A program made the translations under genes and the position numbers. Of a stretch of 64,000 bases of DNA, positions 48,559-58,575 are shown piece after piece (the first letter of the stretch is position 1; every line of letters begins with the position of its first letter). The stretch lies in contig PHBH01000006.1 of the NCBI GenBank assembly GCA_002840535.1, positions 73,159 through 137,158 on the forward strand, given 5' to 3'. This DNA is from Deltaproteobacteria bacterium HGW-Deltaproteobacteria-15. GTDB taxonomy: Bacteria; Desulfobacterota; DSM-4660; Desulfatiglandales; HGW-15. The notes under the pieces were generated by a model, which saw only the letters and a program-made list of their open reading frames with translations, searched no databases and was not told where the DNA came from.

Positions 48559-49259
48559 TTGTAGGAAAGCCCAAACCCCTGGAGGAGGTAGCGACCCTCG
48601 TCTCGGAATACGGCAAGGTGCTTATCGTGGGGTGTGGCACGTGTGTCACCGTGTGTCTGACTGGGGGCGAGCGGGAGGCAATGTGCCTTTCCAGAGATCT
48701 CTCCCAGCCAGACCTGTATGCCGGGCATGTCCCGTCCTTTGAGGTGAAGACGATTGAAAGACAGTGCGAGCGGGACATGGTCGGCGCCTTTCTGAAGATC
48801 CCACGGGACTGTGAGGCTATCTTGTCCCTGGCCTGTGGCGCAGGTGTCCAGACCCTTTCTGCCGTCTTCTCCGACATGCCTGTCCTTCCCGCCCTGAATA
48901 CAACCTTTTTGGGCGCCCTCGACGAGCCCGGTGTCTGGAACGAAAAGTGTTACGGCTGCGGGGATTGCGTCCTGGCTTACACGGGAGGCATCTGCCCGGT
49001 GGCGCGCTGCGCCAAGCGCCTCTTCAACGGGCCTTGCGGCGGGTCGCGGGACGGCAAATGCGAGATCGGCAATGGCGTGGAGTGCGGATGGGCACTGATC
49101 ATCGCGCGCCTCGCCAACCTGAAGAGACTTGATCTCTATGAGAGGATCCAGCCCCCAAAGGACTGGTCCTTGGACAGGGGCGGTGGACCCCGGGTGCAGC
49201 GCTACGGAGAGATACCGATGGGCAAACCTCCGGTGAAATCAGTGCCGAGTGACAAGTGA
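48555..49259 (+). CDS. metV: Methylene-THF reductase partner subunit (MetV)
   Basis: MIVGKPKP, GCGTCVTVC, RQCE, ACGAGVQ, C.GCGDC, CPVARCAK.LFNGPCGG motifs. Confidence 0.85.
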   Translation: MIVGKPKPLEEVATLVSEYGKVLIVGCGTCVTVCLTGGEREAMCLSRDLSQPDLYAGHVPSFEVKTIERQCERDMVGAFLKIPRDCEAILSLACGAGVQTLSAVFSDMPVLPALNTTFLGALDEPGVWNEKCYGCGDCVLAYTGGICPVARCAKRLFNGPCGGSRDGKCEIGNGVECGWALIIARLANLKRLDLYERIQPPKDWSLDRGGGPRVQRYGEIPMGKPPVKSVPSDK

Positions 49260-49330
49260 AGAGTCCACAGGCTTCGCGCGCTGTTCTGAAATAAAGAAGA
49301 TCGCGCGGTGAGAAGCAGGGAATTGAATGG

Positions 49331-49408
49331 ATTGAACCGCGAAGGCGCAAAGGACGTAAAGAAGAACGCAGACATCTTTTCTTGGCGTACTTGGCGTCTT
49401 GGCGGTTT
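49331..49408. repeat. Family D inverted repeat, copy 2
   Basis: ATTGAACCGCGAAGGCGCAAAGGACGTAAAG ... CTTGGCGTACTTGGCGTCTTGGCGGTTT. Confidence 0.85.
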
Positions 49409-49480
49409 AGAGCTATTGATGAAACGTTGTCTTTCCGGCTTTTCGAAGTCTCCGGTTTGATCGGGGAAAAAGGAGTACTC

Positions 49481-51625
49481 ATGAGTGAGCAGATGGTATC
49501 AAGGATCAGGATGAACGGCAAGGTTCCCGGCAGGGATGCGGGGATTGAAGTGAGAAAAACCCTATGCGCGATCTGCAATCCCTTTTCCCACTGCGGCATC
49601 GACGCGTATGTGAAGGACGGGGCGGTCGTGAAGGTGGAGGGGAGCAAGGGACACCCGCACAGCCAGGGGACGCTCTGTTCAAAAGGTTCCGCCAGCCGGC
49701 AATACATCTACCACAAGGACCGTATCCGCACCCCTCTTGTGAGGCGGGGAGAAAGGGGCTCCGGCGAGTTTGAGGCCGTCTCCTGGGAAGAGGCCTTGAA
49801 CACTATTGCAGAGAAGCTCCTCAAGATCAAGGAAGAGACCGGACCCGAGTCGGTTGCTTTCTTTGCCGGCTATACGAAGTGGATGCGGCCTTTCCTGAAG
49901 CGTTTGGCCCACAGCTTCGGCTCCCCCAACTACTGCACTGAATCGAGCACCTGCTTCCAGGCTACTGCAATGGCTGTGAAGTTGAACTACGGGTACTTCG
50001 GTCCTCCGGACATCCCAAACGCAAAATGCCTCCTGGTCTGGAGTACAAACCCGTTCCATTCCAATACCTCCGCGGTCAGGCGGCTGCTGGACGCGAGGGA
50101 GAGAGGCTTGAAGATCATCGAGGTCGGGCCTCTGAATACGCCCTTGACCAGGCATGCAGACATTCATCTTCGGATCCGCCCGGGAACATCAGGAGCCCTT
50201 GCCCTGGGAATGGCCCAGGTGATCATCGAAGAGTCTCTCTACGATCGGGAGTTCGTCGGGAACGTGACGCACGGGTTCGAGGAATACAGGAATTACGTCA
50301 AAGAATTCACCCCTGAAGTCACGGAGGATATCACCGGCGTCTCCGCGGATTTGATTGTCGCCGCGGCCAGGCTCTATGCCGGGACCAAGCCTGCCGCCAT
50401 GATGAACAGCGCCAGCCCCACGGTGCACCATACGAACGGGCTTCAGAATCATCGGGCACTGACTGCCCTTGTCGGCCTTACCGGGAATTTTGACGTGAAG
50501 GGAGGCAATTATGTGGCTCCGCCAACCTGGCTCTATGTGCCCGCGGGTGTGGTCACAAGGGAATTCGCATTCGAGCAGTCCAGACCGTGGGAACAAATGG
50601 CGCCCCGCGTTGGGCAGGATCGCTACCCTGTCTGGTGCAAACTGGTGGAAGAGGCCCAGGCCATGCATCTCCCTTTCCAGATCCGGAGCGGGAAACCCTA
50701 TCCGATTCGCGCGCTTTTGGGATTCGGTATGCGATACCGCATGTGGCCGGGATCGGACTCCATGCTGGAGAGCCTGAAGAAACTCGATTTTCTGGTGAAC
50801 GTGGATTTCTTCATGACCGAAACCGCCCGACTGTCCGATGTGGTGCTGCCGGCGTGCACTTCCTTTGAAAGAAGCGAGCTCAAGTTCTGGGTAGAAAACT
50901 ATGTCATGTGGACCCAGCCCGTCATCGAACCACTGTGGGAGTCTAGATCGGATGCGGATATCATCTTTGATCTGGGGCGCAGGATAGCCCGGGATGACGA
51001 GTTGATGCAGAAAGGGTATGAGGCTTCCATAGACTGGATCCTTGAGCCGTCCGGACTCACGCTTGCTGAATTGAAGAAGCATCCTGCCGGGTTGGCACTA
51101 AAGGATGTCAAAATGGGTCCTTACAGGAAGTATGAGAAGAACGGCTTTCCCACCCCTTCCAAAAAAATGGAGTTCAGCTCTACGATCCTGAAGGAGGCAG
51201 GCCTGGATCCCCTGCCACGTTACCGGGAGCCGAACCTCAGTCCCCGGTCCACGCCTGAGGTGGCGAAGAAGTTCCCCCTGATCCTGACCACCGGCGCACG
51301 CCTCCCGATGTATCAACATTCCAGAACTTTCCGGCTCGGTTGGACACGTTCCCTCCGCCCGGATGCGAGCGTGGACATTCACCCGAAGGATGCTTCCGCC
51401 AGGGGAATATCCAACGGCGACTGGGTTTCCCTGTCGACTCCGAGAGGTTCGCTCAAGGTGCGCGCCAACTTGACGGAGATCGTGCCGCCCGGGGTGGCCA
51501 ACATCTATCATGCCTGGCCGGAAGCGGACGTGAATCTTCTGATTGAACCGGATTACCTGGACCCCATTTCCGGCTTTCCCGGATTCAAGTCGCTCCTGTG
51601 CGAGGTGAGCAAGGATGAGGGATAA
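49481..51625 (+). CDS. Mo/W-bisPGD oxidoreductase catalytic subunit, no Tat signal
   Basis: ATG 49481 with AGGAG SD; CAICNPFSHC..CSKG, FGSPNY, D.FMTETA..DVVLPA, TPSKKMEF motifs. Confidence 0.88.
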   Translation: MSEQMVSRIRMNGKVPGRDAGIEVRKTLCAICNPFSHCGIDAYVKDGAVVKVEGSKGHPHSQGTLCSKGSASRQYIYHKDRIRTPLVRRGERGSGEFEAVSWEEALNTIAEKLLKIKEETGPESVAFFAGYTKWMRPFLKRLAHSFGSPNYCTESSTCFQATAMAVKLNYGYFGPPDIPNAKCLLVWSTNPFHSNTSAVRRLLDARERGLKIIEVGPLNTPLTRHADIHLRIRPGTSGALALGMAQVIIEESLYDREFVGNVTHGFEEYRNYVKEFTPEVTEDITGVSADLIVAAARLYAGTKPAAMMNSASPTVHHTNGLQNHRALTALVGLTGNFDVKGGNYVAPPTWLYVPAGVVTREFAFEQSRPWEQMAPRVGQDRYPVWCKLVEEAQAMHLPFQIRSGKPYPIRALLGFGMRYRMWPGSDSMLESLKKLDFLVNVDFFMTETARLSDVVLPACTSFERSELKFWVENYVMWTQPVIEPLWESRSDADIIFDLGRRIARDDELMQKGYEASIDWILEPSGLTLAELKKHPAGLALKDVKMGPYRKYEKNGFPTPSKKMEFSSTILKEAGLDPLPRYREPNLSPRSTPEVAKKFPLILTTGARLPMYQHSRTFRLGWTRSLRPDASVDIHPKDASARGISNGDWVSLSTPRGSLKVRANLTEIVPPGVANIYHAWPEADVNLLIEPDYLDPISGFPGFKSLLCEVSKDEG

Positions 51626-51638
51626 GTATGTGATCGTT

Positions 51639-51700
51639 ATCCACAGATGACGCAGATGGACACAGATTTTTCATCTGTGAAATTCGCGCAATCTGTGGAT
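51639..51700. repeat. Nonamer-period inverted repeat, family E (CGCAGATNA)
   Basis: ATCCACAGATGACGCAGATGGACACAGAT ... ATCTGTGAAATTCGCGCAATCTGTGGAT. Confidence 0.8.
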
Positions 51701-51762
51701 ATGGCCTTTCGATGGAATTTTTGATTTTCAGATCGCGGCCTTTGGCCGACTTGGAGGATTAT

Positions 51763-52284
51763 ATGCAACTTGGTTTTTCATTCGATCTTTCTCGTTGTAC
51801 TGGATGCATGGCTTGTGTGGTGGCCTGTATGGATCAGAATGACCTTCCGGCGGACGGGCCTTCTTTCAGGCAGGTCACCAAACTGGAGAGCGGAGAATAC
51901 CCCTCCGCACAGGTCCACTTTGTCTCCCTTGCCTGCTTTCATTGCATCGACGCCCCCTGCCTGAATGTGTGTCCCAAGAAGGCCATCTTCAGGGATTCTG
52001 AATGGGGAGCAGTCCATGTAGACGAAAGCCTGTGCATCGGCTGTCGCGCCTGCGCCATGGTCTGCCCTTTTGGGGCGCCCCGCTTCAATCCCGGGGAGAA
52101 GATGAGCAAATGCAATTTTTGCATCGACAGAGTCGATGCCGGCCTGGACCCGGCCTGCGTGCACACCTGTACGACCAGGGCACTGGGGTTCGGGCCGGTT
52201 GAAGAACTGAACAAGGCAAAGGCGAAAAAGGCCTCGGTAAAGATTCTGGAAGGCTTCATCTCGGCCGGGATGAAGATGCCATAG
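51763..52284 (+). CDS. 4Fe-4S subunit (DmsB-like)
   Basis: Start MQLGFSFDLSRCTGCMAC; four Cys groups. Confidence 0.9.
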   Translation: MQLGFSFDLSRCTGCMACVVACMDQNDLPADGPSFRQVTKLESGEYPSAQVHFVSLACFHCIDAPCLNVCPKKAIFRDSEWGAVHVDESLCIGCRACAMVCPFGAPRFNPGEKMSKCNFCIDRVDAGLDPACVHTCTTRALGFGPVEELNKAKAKKASVKILEGFISAGMKMP

Positions 52285-52291
52285 AGAGACA

Positions 52292-52325
52292 GCGTGGAGG
52301 GACGGTCCTCCGTGTCCCTCCACGC
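52292..52325. repeat. REP-like palindrome
   Basis: Perfect 12-bp IR GCGTGGAGGGAC/GTCCCTCCACGC with 10-nt loop; no U-tract. Confidence 0.7.
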
Positions 52326-52394
52326 ACCTCGCAAGACAAGGCTTCTCTTGTACGCCGACCTGCTTCCTTCATGGAAGACGGATACCGCTTTTAG

Positions 52395-52442
52395 TTGACA
52401 GGGGCGAGTTTCGCATGCTAGTCTTGGTTTCATATCTGAAAC
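52395..52442 (+). promoter_or_regulatory. sigma70 promoter and putative IclR operator
   Basis: TTGACA-18 nt-TAGTCT with TGn extension; palindrome GTTTCA-TATC-TGAAAC at 52427-52442. Confidence 0.6.
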
Positions 52443-52457
52443 TGAGAGGCTGCTCTC

Positions 52458-53234
52458 ATGCCCGGACAAAACGGTCGTTACGCCATCAACTCAGTCCTGC
52501 GTGCGGCTCAGATTCTTCAATCCTTCTCTCTCGAAAAACCCACCTACACCCATGCTGAAATATCCAAGAACCTTGGCCTGAACAAAGCCGCGGTGACGAG
52601 ACTTCTCTTTACCCTCGAAAAGGCCGGCCTCCTTGAAAAGGATGTGGATAGCGGAAAATACGGGCTCGCCGTCAGTGCTTATCAGATCGGCAGCGTGTAC
52701 ATCAACCTCACTGGAATCCCGCAGGCCGCAAGGCCCCATCTTTCGGAGCTGACCGCCTTGTGCAAGGAGAGCACTCACCTGAGCATCCTTCGGGAATACG
52801 AGGTGGTGTATATCGACAAGGTGGAGTGCTCCCGCCCCATCCGGATGATGTCCTACGTCGGCCGCAAGATGCCCGCATATTGCACCGGGACCGGCAAGGT
52901 TCTGCTTGCTCATTTGAGCGAGGAAGATCTCAAAACCTATTTTCACTCCGTCAGGCTGAAGCAGCGGACGCCTAACACCATCACCAGGGCTGCGCTGCTC
53001 AGGACCGAGCTCGAAGAGGTGAGGAGAGCGGGGTACGCCGTAGACAACGCTGAAAACGAGATGGAAGTCATGTCGCTTGCCGCCCCGATCAGGGATCAGA
53101 CAGGGAAGGTGGTTGCCGCCGTCAGTACGGCCGGTCCAGTGTACCGTATGACTGAAAAGGGGGTCCGGGAAAAATTTGTGCCTTTGGTGATTCAAGCTGC
53201 GGAGAGGATATCGAGACGATTGGGATGCGGATGA
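52458..53234 (+). CDS. IclR family transcriptional regulator
   Basis: INSVLRA..IL HTH; VGRKMPAYCTGTGKVLLA motif. Confidence 0.93.
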   Translation: MPGQNGRYAINSVLRAAQILQSFSLEKPTYTHAEISKNLGLNKAAVTRLLFTLEKAGLLEKDVDSGKYGLAVSAYQIGSVYINLTGIPQAARPHLSELTALCKESTHLSILREYEVVYIDKVECSRPIRMMSYVGRKMPAYCTGTGKVLLAHLSEEDLKTYFHSVRLKQRTPNTITRAALLRTELEEVRRAGYAVDNAENEMEVMSLAAPIRDQTGKVVAAVSTAGPVYRMTEKGVREKFVPLVIQAAERISRRLGCG

Positions 53235-53257
53235 GCGAGAATATCAAACAAAGATCA

Positions 53258-53323
53258 GCCACAGAGACACGAAGACACAAAGAAGATGAAATTGCCTTCT
53301 TCGTGACTTTGTGTCCTGGTGGC
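53258..53323. repeat. Family A octamer inverted repeat
   Basis: GCCACAGAGACACGAAGACACAAAG ... CTTCGTGACTTTGTGTCCTGGTGGC. Confidence 0.85.
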
Positions 53324-53346
53324 AGAATTCAAGAGGAGATGAATCC

Positions 53347-54540
53347 ATGGAAGATCCAAAGCAGAGACTGACCACAAGCATTTCCGATGGGGAGTTGGAG
53401 CGTCGATGGAATGCGGTCCGTGAAATCATGCGGGAACGCAAGATCGATTATCTCATCGCCAGAAACGATGAGGAGTTTCTCGGGGGCTATGTCAAATGGT
53501 TCACCGATATCCCGGCGAGACACAGCTATCCCTACACCGTCATCTTTCCGGTGGATGAGGAAATGACCCTCGTTTCTCCGGGCGCCAATCCTCCTGCCGA
53601 TCCCGGGCCGCCGCCATGGGCTGTCCGCGGAGTGAAACAACGGCTGGGCGCGCCCTATTTTCCGTCCGCACATTACACCAGCACCTACGATGCCGAGCTC
53701 GTGGTGGGGGTTCTGAAGGGGAAAAAGAGTCCCGCCATCGGACTGGTCGGCAAGTCCTATATCCCCATGAACTTTTTTGAATATGTCAGCAAGTCCCTTC
53801 CGGCGGCCAGATTCGTGGATGTCACGGAAGAGGTGGATCGGCTCAAGGCCGTCAAGAGTCCTGAAGAGCAGGAGCTCATCCGGCGCACCGCGGAACTTCA
53901 GGACAAGGCCATGGAGCACTTGAAGAAGACCATCAAACCGGGCATGAGGGATTTCGAGATCTATGCCGAGGCCCTCTATCACACGACCCTGAACGGAAGC
54001 GAGCGCCAGCTCATTCTCGTCTCTTCAGGACCGAAAGGAACACCTGTGCCCTTTGCTCCCCGTCGTTTCCAGAACAGAACGGTAAAGGAAGGGGACCAGA
54101 TTTCAGTTCTGGTGGAGGTGAACGGTCCCGGAGGGCTTTACACCGAGGTGGGAAGGATATTCTCCGTAGGAAAGCCCTCACAGGAGTTGCAGGACGCCTT
54201 TGGCACGGCTCTGGAGGCCCAGCAGGTTTCCCTTCGCTTGCTGAAGCCGGGTGCGAGCTGCAAGGAGGTCTGGGACGCAAACAACGCGTTTCTGGAAAAG
54301 AAGGGGTACCTCCCGGAGAGACGGCTTTATGCCCATGGGCAGGGATACGATCTCGTGGAGCGGCCGCTCATCAGATATGACGAGCCCATGAAGATCATGG
54401 AGGGCATGAATCTGACCGTCCACCCCAACGCCATAAGCAAGACGGTCTGGGCGGGCGTGACAGACAACTACCTTGTCACCAAGGACGGGCTCACTGCCTG
54501 TATCCACAAGACGCCCAAAGAGATCCTCGTGGTTTCATAA
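53347..54540 (+). CDS. M24 fold protein with atypical metal ligands
   Basis: ELERRW, VKSPEE, KPGMRD, HGQG motifs. Confidence 0.85.
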   Translation: MEDPKQRLTTSISDGELERRWNAVREIMRERKIDYLIARNDEEFLGGYVKWFTDIPARHSYPYTVIFPVDEEMTLVSPGANPPADPGPPPWAVRGVKQRLGAPYFPSAHYTSTYDAELVVGVLKGKKSPAIGLVGKSYIPMNFFEYVSKSLPAARFVDVTEEVDRLKAVKSPEEQELIRRTAELQDKAMEHLKKTIKPGMRDFEIYAEALYHTTLNGSERQLILVSSGPKGTPVPFAPRRFQNRTVKEGDQISVLVEVNGPGGLYTEVGRIFSVGKPSQELQDAFGTALEAQQVSLRLLKPGASCKEVWDANNAFLEKKGYLPERRLYAHGQGYDLVERPLIRYDEPMKIMEGMNLTVHPNAISKTVWAGVTDNYLVTKDGLTACIHKTPKEILVVS

Positions 54541-54551
54541 GGAGCGATATT

Positions 54552-55499
54552 ATGAATGTGCTGATTTTTACGGGTGAACACAACCCGGATGAATTCAAAG
54601 GCTATCTGACACAGGAATTCCCCGACATCTACTTCATCACGGCAAGGAATGAGGCTGACGCCGCGAAATCGATCGACAAGGCCGAGATCCTGGTGACCCT
54701 GCGCTTTTCGGATTCCCTTTTGGGTGGGGCAGGGAAACTGAAGTGGATTCATACCATCATTACCGGCACGAACTATATCGAGGAACTGCCTTCCTTCAGG
54801 GCACGAAAGGATCTGATCCTTACCTCCACAAGGGGCATCCATGGCCCGCAGATGTCCGAGCTGGCAATCATGCTGATGATCGCTTTGAACCGCAAGTTCC
54901 CGCAGGTGGTGCGCAATCAGCAGGCCCGGGTCTGGCAGCGCTGGCCGACCGCCCTGCTCTACGAGAAGAAAGCGGCCATCCTGGGGGTCGGGGTCATCGG
55001 GGAGTCCATTGCGCGAAAGTGCAAGGCATTCGATATGACCGTGATCGGTTTGGATCCGGTGCAGCGAAAGGTGGATGTGATCGATCGGTTTTACGGGTTG
55101 GACCGTCTCCACGATGTGCTGGCCGAGGCGGACTATGTGATCGATGTTGCGCCCTCCACCCCCGAGAACCGGAAGATGATGAACGCAGCGGCATTCGCCC
55201 GGATGAAGCCCACGGCCTTTTTCCTGAACCTTGGCCGGGGGGAAACCGTGGATGAGGAGGCGCTGCTTCAGACCTTGAAGGAACGGAGAATCGCCGGAGC
55301 GGCATTGGATGTGTTCTGGCAGGAACCACTCCCGCAGGATCATCCCTTCTGGGGGCAGGACAACCTCATCATCAGCCCTCACGTGGGAGGAATGGCGGAC
55401 ATCTATGTAAAACAGGCAGTGGGTGTCTTTCAGGAGAACCTGCGGAGATACCTGCGGGGAGAGAGGCGCAACCTGGTCAACTTCATCGAGCGAAGCTAA
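54552..55499 (+). CDS. D-2-hydroxyacid dehydrogenase
   Basis: GVGVIG, NLGRG, ALDVF..EPLP, SPHVGG motifs. Confidence 0.92.
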   Translation: MNVLIFTGEHNPDEFKGYLTQEFPDIYFITARNEADAAKSIDKAEILVTLRFSDSLLGGAGKLKWIHTIITGTNYIEELPSFRARKDLILTSTRGIHGPQMSELAIMLMIALNRKFPQVVRNQQARVWQRWPTALLYEKKAAILGVGVIGESIARKCKAFDMTVIGLDPVQRKVDVIDRFYGLDRLHDVLAEADYVIDVAPSTPENRKMMNAAAFARMKPTAFFLNLGRGETVDEEALLQTLKERRIAGAALDVFWQEPLPQDHPFWGQDNLIISPHVGGMADIYVKQAVGVFQENLRRYLRGERRNLVNFIERS

Positions 55500-55545
55500 G
55501 GTTCGAGGGAGTAACTCAAAACGTTTCAGAAGAAAGGAGGCAGTA

Positions 55546-56550
55546 ATGTTGAGTGCAAGGAATTTCAAGAGAATCATTCTGCTAACCATCGGGACACTTT
55601 TTCTAATCGGAGCCGGTTGGGGTTTTGCTGCGCCCCAGACCATCAACTGCATCAGCGCCTGGCCTAAAACCGCTTTCGAAACCTCCAACCTCCTGCTCTT
55701 CATCGAGAAGGTGCAAAAGGAAGCGGATCAGAAATATCCCGGCGAGCTCAAGATCGTATTCAAGGGCGGCCCGGATGTCATCCACACCAATGAACAGGTG
55801 GAGGCCCTCCGCACCGGCCTTGTTGACCTCGTCCTCTCCGCTCCCAGTTACTACGTCTCGATCATGCCGGAAGGCGACCTCATGAGCCTGACGGAGATGA
55901 AGCCCTGGGAGGAAAAGGCGGCGGGAGTCTTCGATTATCTGAATGAACTCCATAACAAGAAGGTCAACGCCCACTACCTGGGCAGACCGGGGACAGGCGT
56001 GATTTTTCAGCTCTTCCTGAACAAACCGATCAAGACGGTCGCCGACCTGAACGGAATGAAGATCAGGGTCTCCCCCACCAATGTCCCCTTCATGAAGGCA
56101 GTCGGCGCTTCCCCGGTGCAGATGCCGCCCTCTGATGTCTACACGGCCATGGAAAGAGGCGTGGTCGACGGATACATTCTTCCCGCCCACACAATCCGTG
56201 ACTTCGGACTGGTAAAACCCTCCAAATACCTCGTTTTCCCCGGCGCCTATCAGCCCTGCCATTCACTCCTCGTGAATCAGGACGCCTGGAAGAAGCTGCC
56301 CAAACACCTGCAGGAACTTTTGGCCAGACAAGCCGATGACATGACGCGCGTCGCCTTCGACAACATCGAAAAGAAGATCAGCGAGGAGTATGCCTCTTTC
56401 AAGAAGGAAGGCATGACGTTTATAGAGCTCCCTGCTGCCGAGGCGGAGAAGTATAAGAAGATCGCCCGCGATGCCATGTACGACGTGGTCAGCAAGAAGG
56501 CCCCTGCGGAAAGCGAAAAAATACTCAAATTGATCACCAAAAAAAAGTAG
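55546..56550 (+). CDS. dctP: TRAP substrate-binding protein
   Basis: Start MLSARN with GGAGG SD; DLNGMKIR, DVYTAMERGVVDG motifs. Confidence 0.92.
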   Translation: MLSARNFKRIILLTIGTLFLIGAGWGFAAPQTINCISAWPKTAFETSNLLLFIEKVQKEADQKYPGELKIVFKGGPDVIHTNEQVEALRTGLVDLVLSAPSYYVSIMPEGDLMSLTEMKPWEEKAAGVFDYLNELHNKKVNAHYLGRPGTGVIFQLFLNKPIKTVADLNGMKIRVSPTNVPFMKAVGASPVQMPPSDVYTAMERGVVDGYILPAHTIRDFGLVKPSKYLVFPGAYQPCHSLLVNQDAWKKLPKHLQELLARQADDMTRVAFDNIEKKISEEYASFKKEGMTFIELPAAEAEKYKKIARDAMYDVVSKKAPAESEKILKLITKKK

Positions 56551-56551
56551 C

Positions 56552-56646
56552 AACGCAGATTTCAAAGAGGATTACGCAGATTACGCAGATTGGGCTGTGG
56601 ATTGGCTCCTGTCAGCGTAATCTGTGTAATCCATATACTCAGCGTT
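56552..56646. repeat. Family E nonamer inverted repeat
   Basis: AACGCAGAT...GGATTACGCAGATTACGCAGAT ... TCAGCGTAATCTGTGTAATCC...CAGCGTT. Confidence 0.8.
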
Positions 56647-56663
56647 AAGGAAAGGACGTCGCC

Positions 56664-57152
56664 GTGGTCAAGTTATTGGACAGGGTGTGTACGGGGTTGG
56701 CAGTCATTGCGGCAGGCCTTTTTCTCTTCTGCACCTTCTCGATCTGCTATTCCATTTTGACCAGAAGCATGAGGATTATGGGTCCCATATGGGTGGTTCA
56801 GTTCAATGAGTATGCCATGCTCTGGATCACCTTCCTCGGCACGGCCTACCTCCTGATGAGGAACAAGCACGCTTCCATCCAGATTGTCGTCGGTCGGCTT
56901 GGTGAAGAGGGGAAACGTCTTTTCGGGCTGGCGCACAACCTTGTCGGGTTGGTTTTGTGCCTGGGCCTTTCCTATTTCTGCTTCTCGTCCACATGGGAGC
57001 ATTTCGTCAGAAATGTGATCGACGTGCAGTCCGTGGACGTGCCGAAGGGGTACATTCTCCTGGTGATCCCTTTCGGCTTCCTCCTCCTGTCTCTTCAATT
57101 CCTGCGCAGATTCATTGAAGGGGTCAAGAGACGGCAAATCGGTCGGGCTTGA
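56664..57152 (+). CDS. dctQ: TRAP small permease
   Basis: 4 TM; PIWV..NEY.MLWITFLG motif. Confidence 0.88.
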   Translation: MVKLLDRVCTGLAVIAAGLFLFCTFSICYSILTRSMRIMGPIWVVQFNEYAMLWITFLGTAYLLMRNKHASIQIVVGRLGEEGKRLFGLAHNLVGLVLCLGLSYFCFSSTWEHFVRNVIDVQSVDVPKGYILLVIPFGFLLLSLQFLRRFIEGVKRRQIGRA

Positions 57153-57262
57153 AACGGAAGCGGTGGGACTCAAGGATAGGAGATTGAGCCTTTGAAATGA
57201 CGCACTGATTCGCAATTCCACGAACGGCGCAGCGGTGAAGATCGGAAAGGAAGGATTGCAGC

Positions 57263-58573
57263 ATGGAGTGGTGGGCGGTATTGATGTTCTTTATCGGGGG
57301 TCTGGTTTTTCTCCTTCTGATGGGCTTTCCCATCGCCTTTTCCTTCCTGCTGATGGATGTGATCAGCATCGCCGTGTTCATGGGCGCTGCCGGGCTCAAG
57401 CACCTGAACCTCCACATCTTCACGTCTCTATCTACTTTTGTGGTGACCCCGGTCCCCCTGTTCATTCTCATGGGCGAATTGATGTATCATTCCAAACTCG
57501 CCTTTGAAACGCTCGACATCCTGGATAAGTGGCTGGGGCGTCTCCCCGGAAGGCTCGGCCTTCTGGCCGCCGTCAGCGGAACCATTTTTTCCGCAACCAG
57601 CGGATCGACCATGGCCAACACCGCCATGCTCGGCACCGTTCTGCTGCCGGAGATGAGAAAACGTGGATACAGCAAGTACATGTCGGTCGGCCCGATCATC
57701 GGCGTGGGAGGGTTGGCCATGCTGGTGCCTCCCTCTGCCCTGGCAGTGGTCCTGGCCAGCATCGGCCAGATCTCGGTAAGTGGAATCCTGCTGGCCGGTA
57801 CGATACCGGGGATTATTCTGGGGGCCATGTTCGGCCTTTACATCGTTCTCCATTCCTGGCTGGACCCGCGCCATGCCCCGCGATTCGTGACCGAACCCAC
57901 CCCGCTTCGGCGAAAACTCTTTCTGACTGTGAAGTACATGCTCCCCATGGCATTCATCATCTTCATGGTCCTGGGATTGATCATCCTGGGCATCGCCACC
58001 CCCACGGAGGCTGCTGCAACCGGAGTTCTCGCCACTCTGATGGTCAACTTCGCCTATGGCCGTTTCAACTGGCCCATGCTGAGAGATTCCCTGAAAGGAT
58101 CGCTGGAGGTCACGGTGATGGTCTTCATGATCATCGCCGCGTCCAAGACCTTCAGCAGCATTCTCTCTTTTACTGGGGCAACCTCCGGGCTGGTCGACAT
58201 GGTCCAGGGGCTCCAGGTTCATCCCATCGTCATCCTGATAACCATGCAGGTGATCATCGCGCTCATGGGCTGTTTCATGGAAACAGTCTCCATCATGATG
58301 GTCTGCCTTCCGGTCTTCATGCCCATTTGCAATGCGCTGGGCTTCGATCCGATCTGGTTCGGGGTTCTGATGCTGATCAATCTGGAGATGGGGCAGATGA
58401 CGCCGCCCTTCGGCATGCTGCTCTTCGTCATGCAGGGAGTGGCGCCGAGCGATGTCACCTACGGGGACATTGTCAAGGCGACAGTTCCCTACATGGTATT
58501 CGACATCCTCATCATGGCCATGATCATTGCCTGGCCCCAGCTTGCGCTGTGGCTGCCGAGCGTGGTGCAGTGA
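57263..58573 (+). CDS. dctM: TRAP large permease
   Basis: VPPS, ATPTEAA, GFDPIWFG, TPPFG motifs. Confidence 0.93.
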   Translation: MEWWAVLMFFIGGLVFLLLMGFPIAFSFLLMDVISIAVFMGAAGLKHLNLHIFTSLSTFVVTPVPLFILMGELMYHSKLAFETLDILDKWLGRLPGRLGLLAAVSGTIFSATSGSTMANTAMLGTVLLPEMRKRGYSKYMSVGPIIGVGGLAMLVPPSALAVVLASIGQISVSGILLAGTIPGIILGAMFGLYIVLHSWLDPRHAPRFVTEPTPLRRKLFLTVKYMLPMAFIIFMVLGLIILGIATPTEAAATGVLATLMVNFAYGRFNWPMLRDSLKGSLEVTVMVFMIIAASKTFSSILSFTGATSGLVDMVQGLQVHPIVILITMQVIIALMGCFMETVSIMMVCLPVFMPICNALGFDPIWFGVLMLINLEMGQMTPPFGMLLFVMQGVAPSDVTYGDIVKATVPYMVFDILIMAMIIAWPQLALWLPSVVQ

Positions 58574-58575
58574 AG

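Noticed and set aside
49481-51625. Acetylene hydratase assignment
   Set aside because: The catalytic Asp next to the second Fe-S Cys is absent (CAICN)
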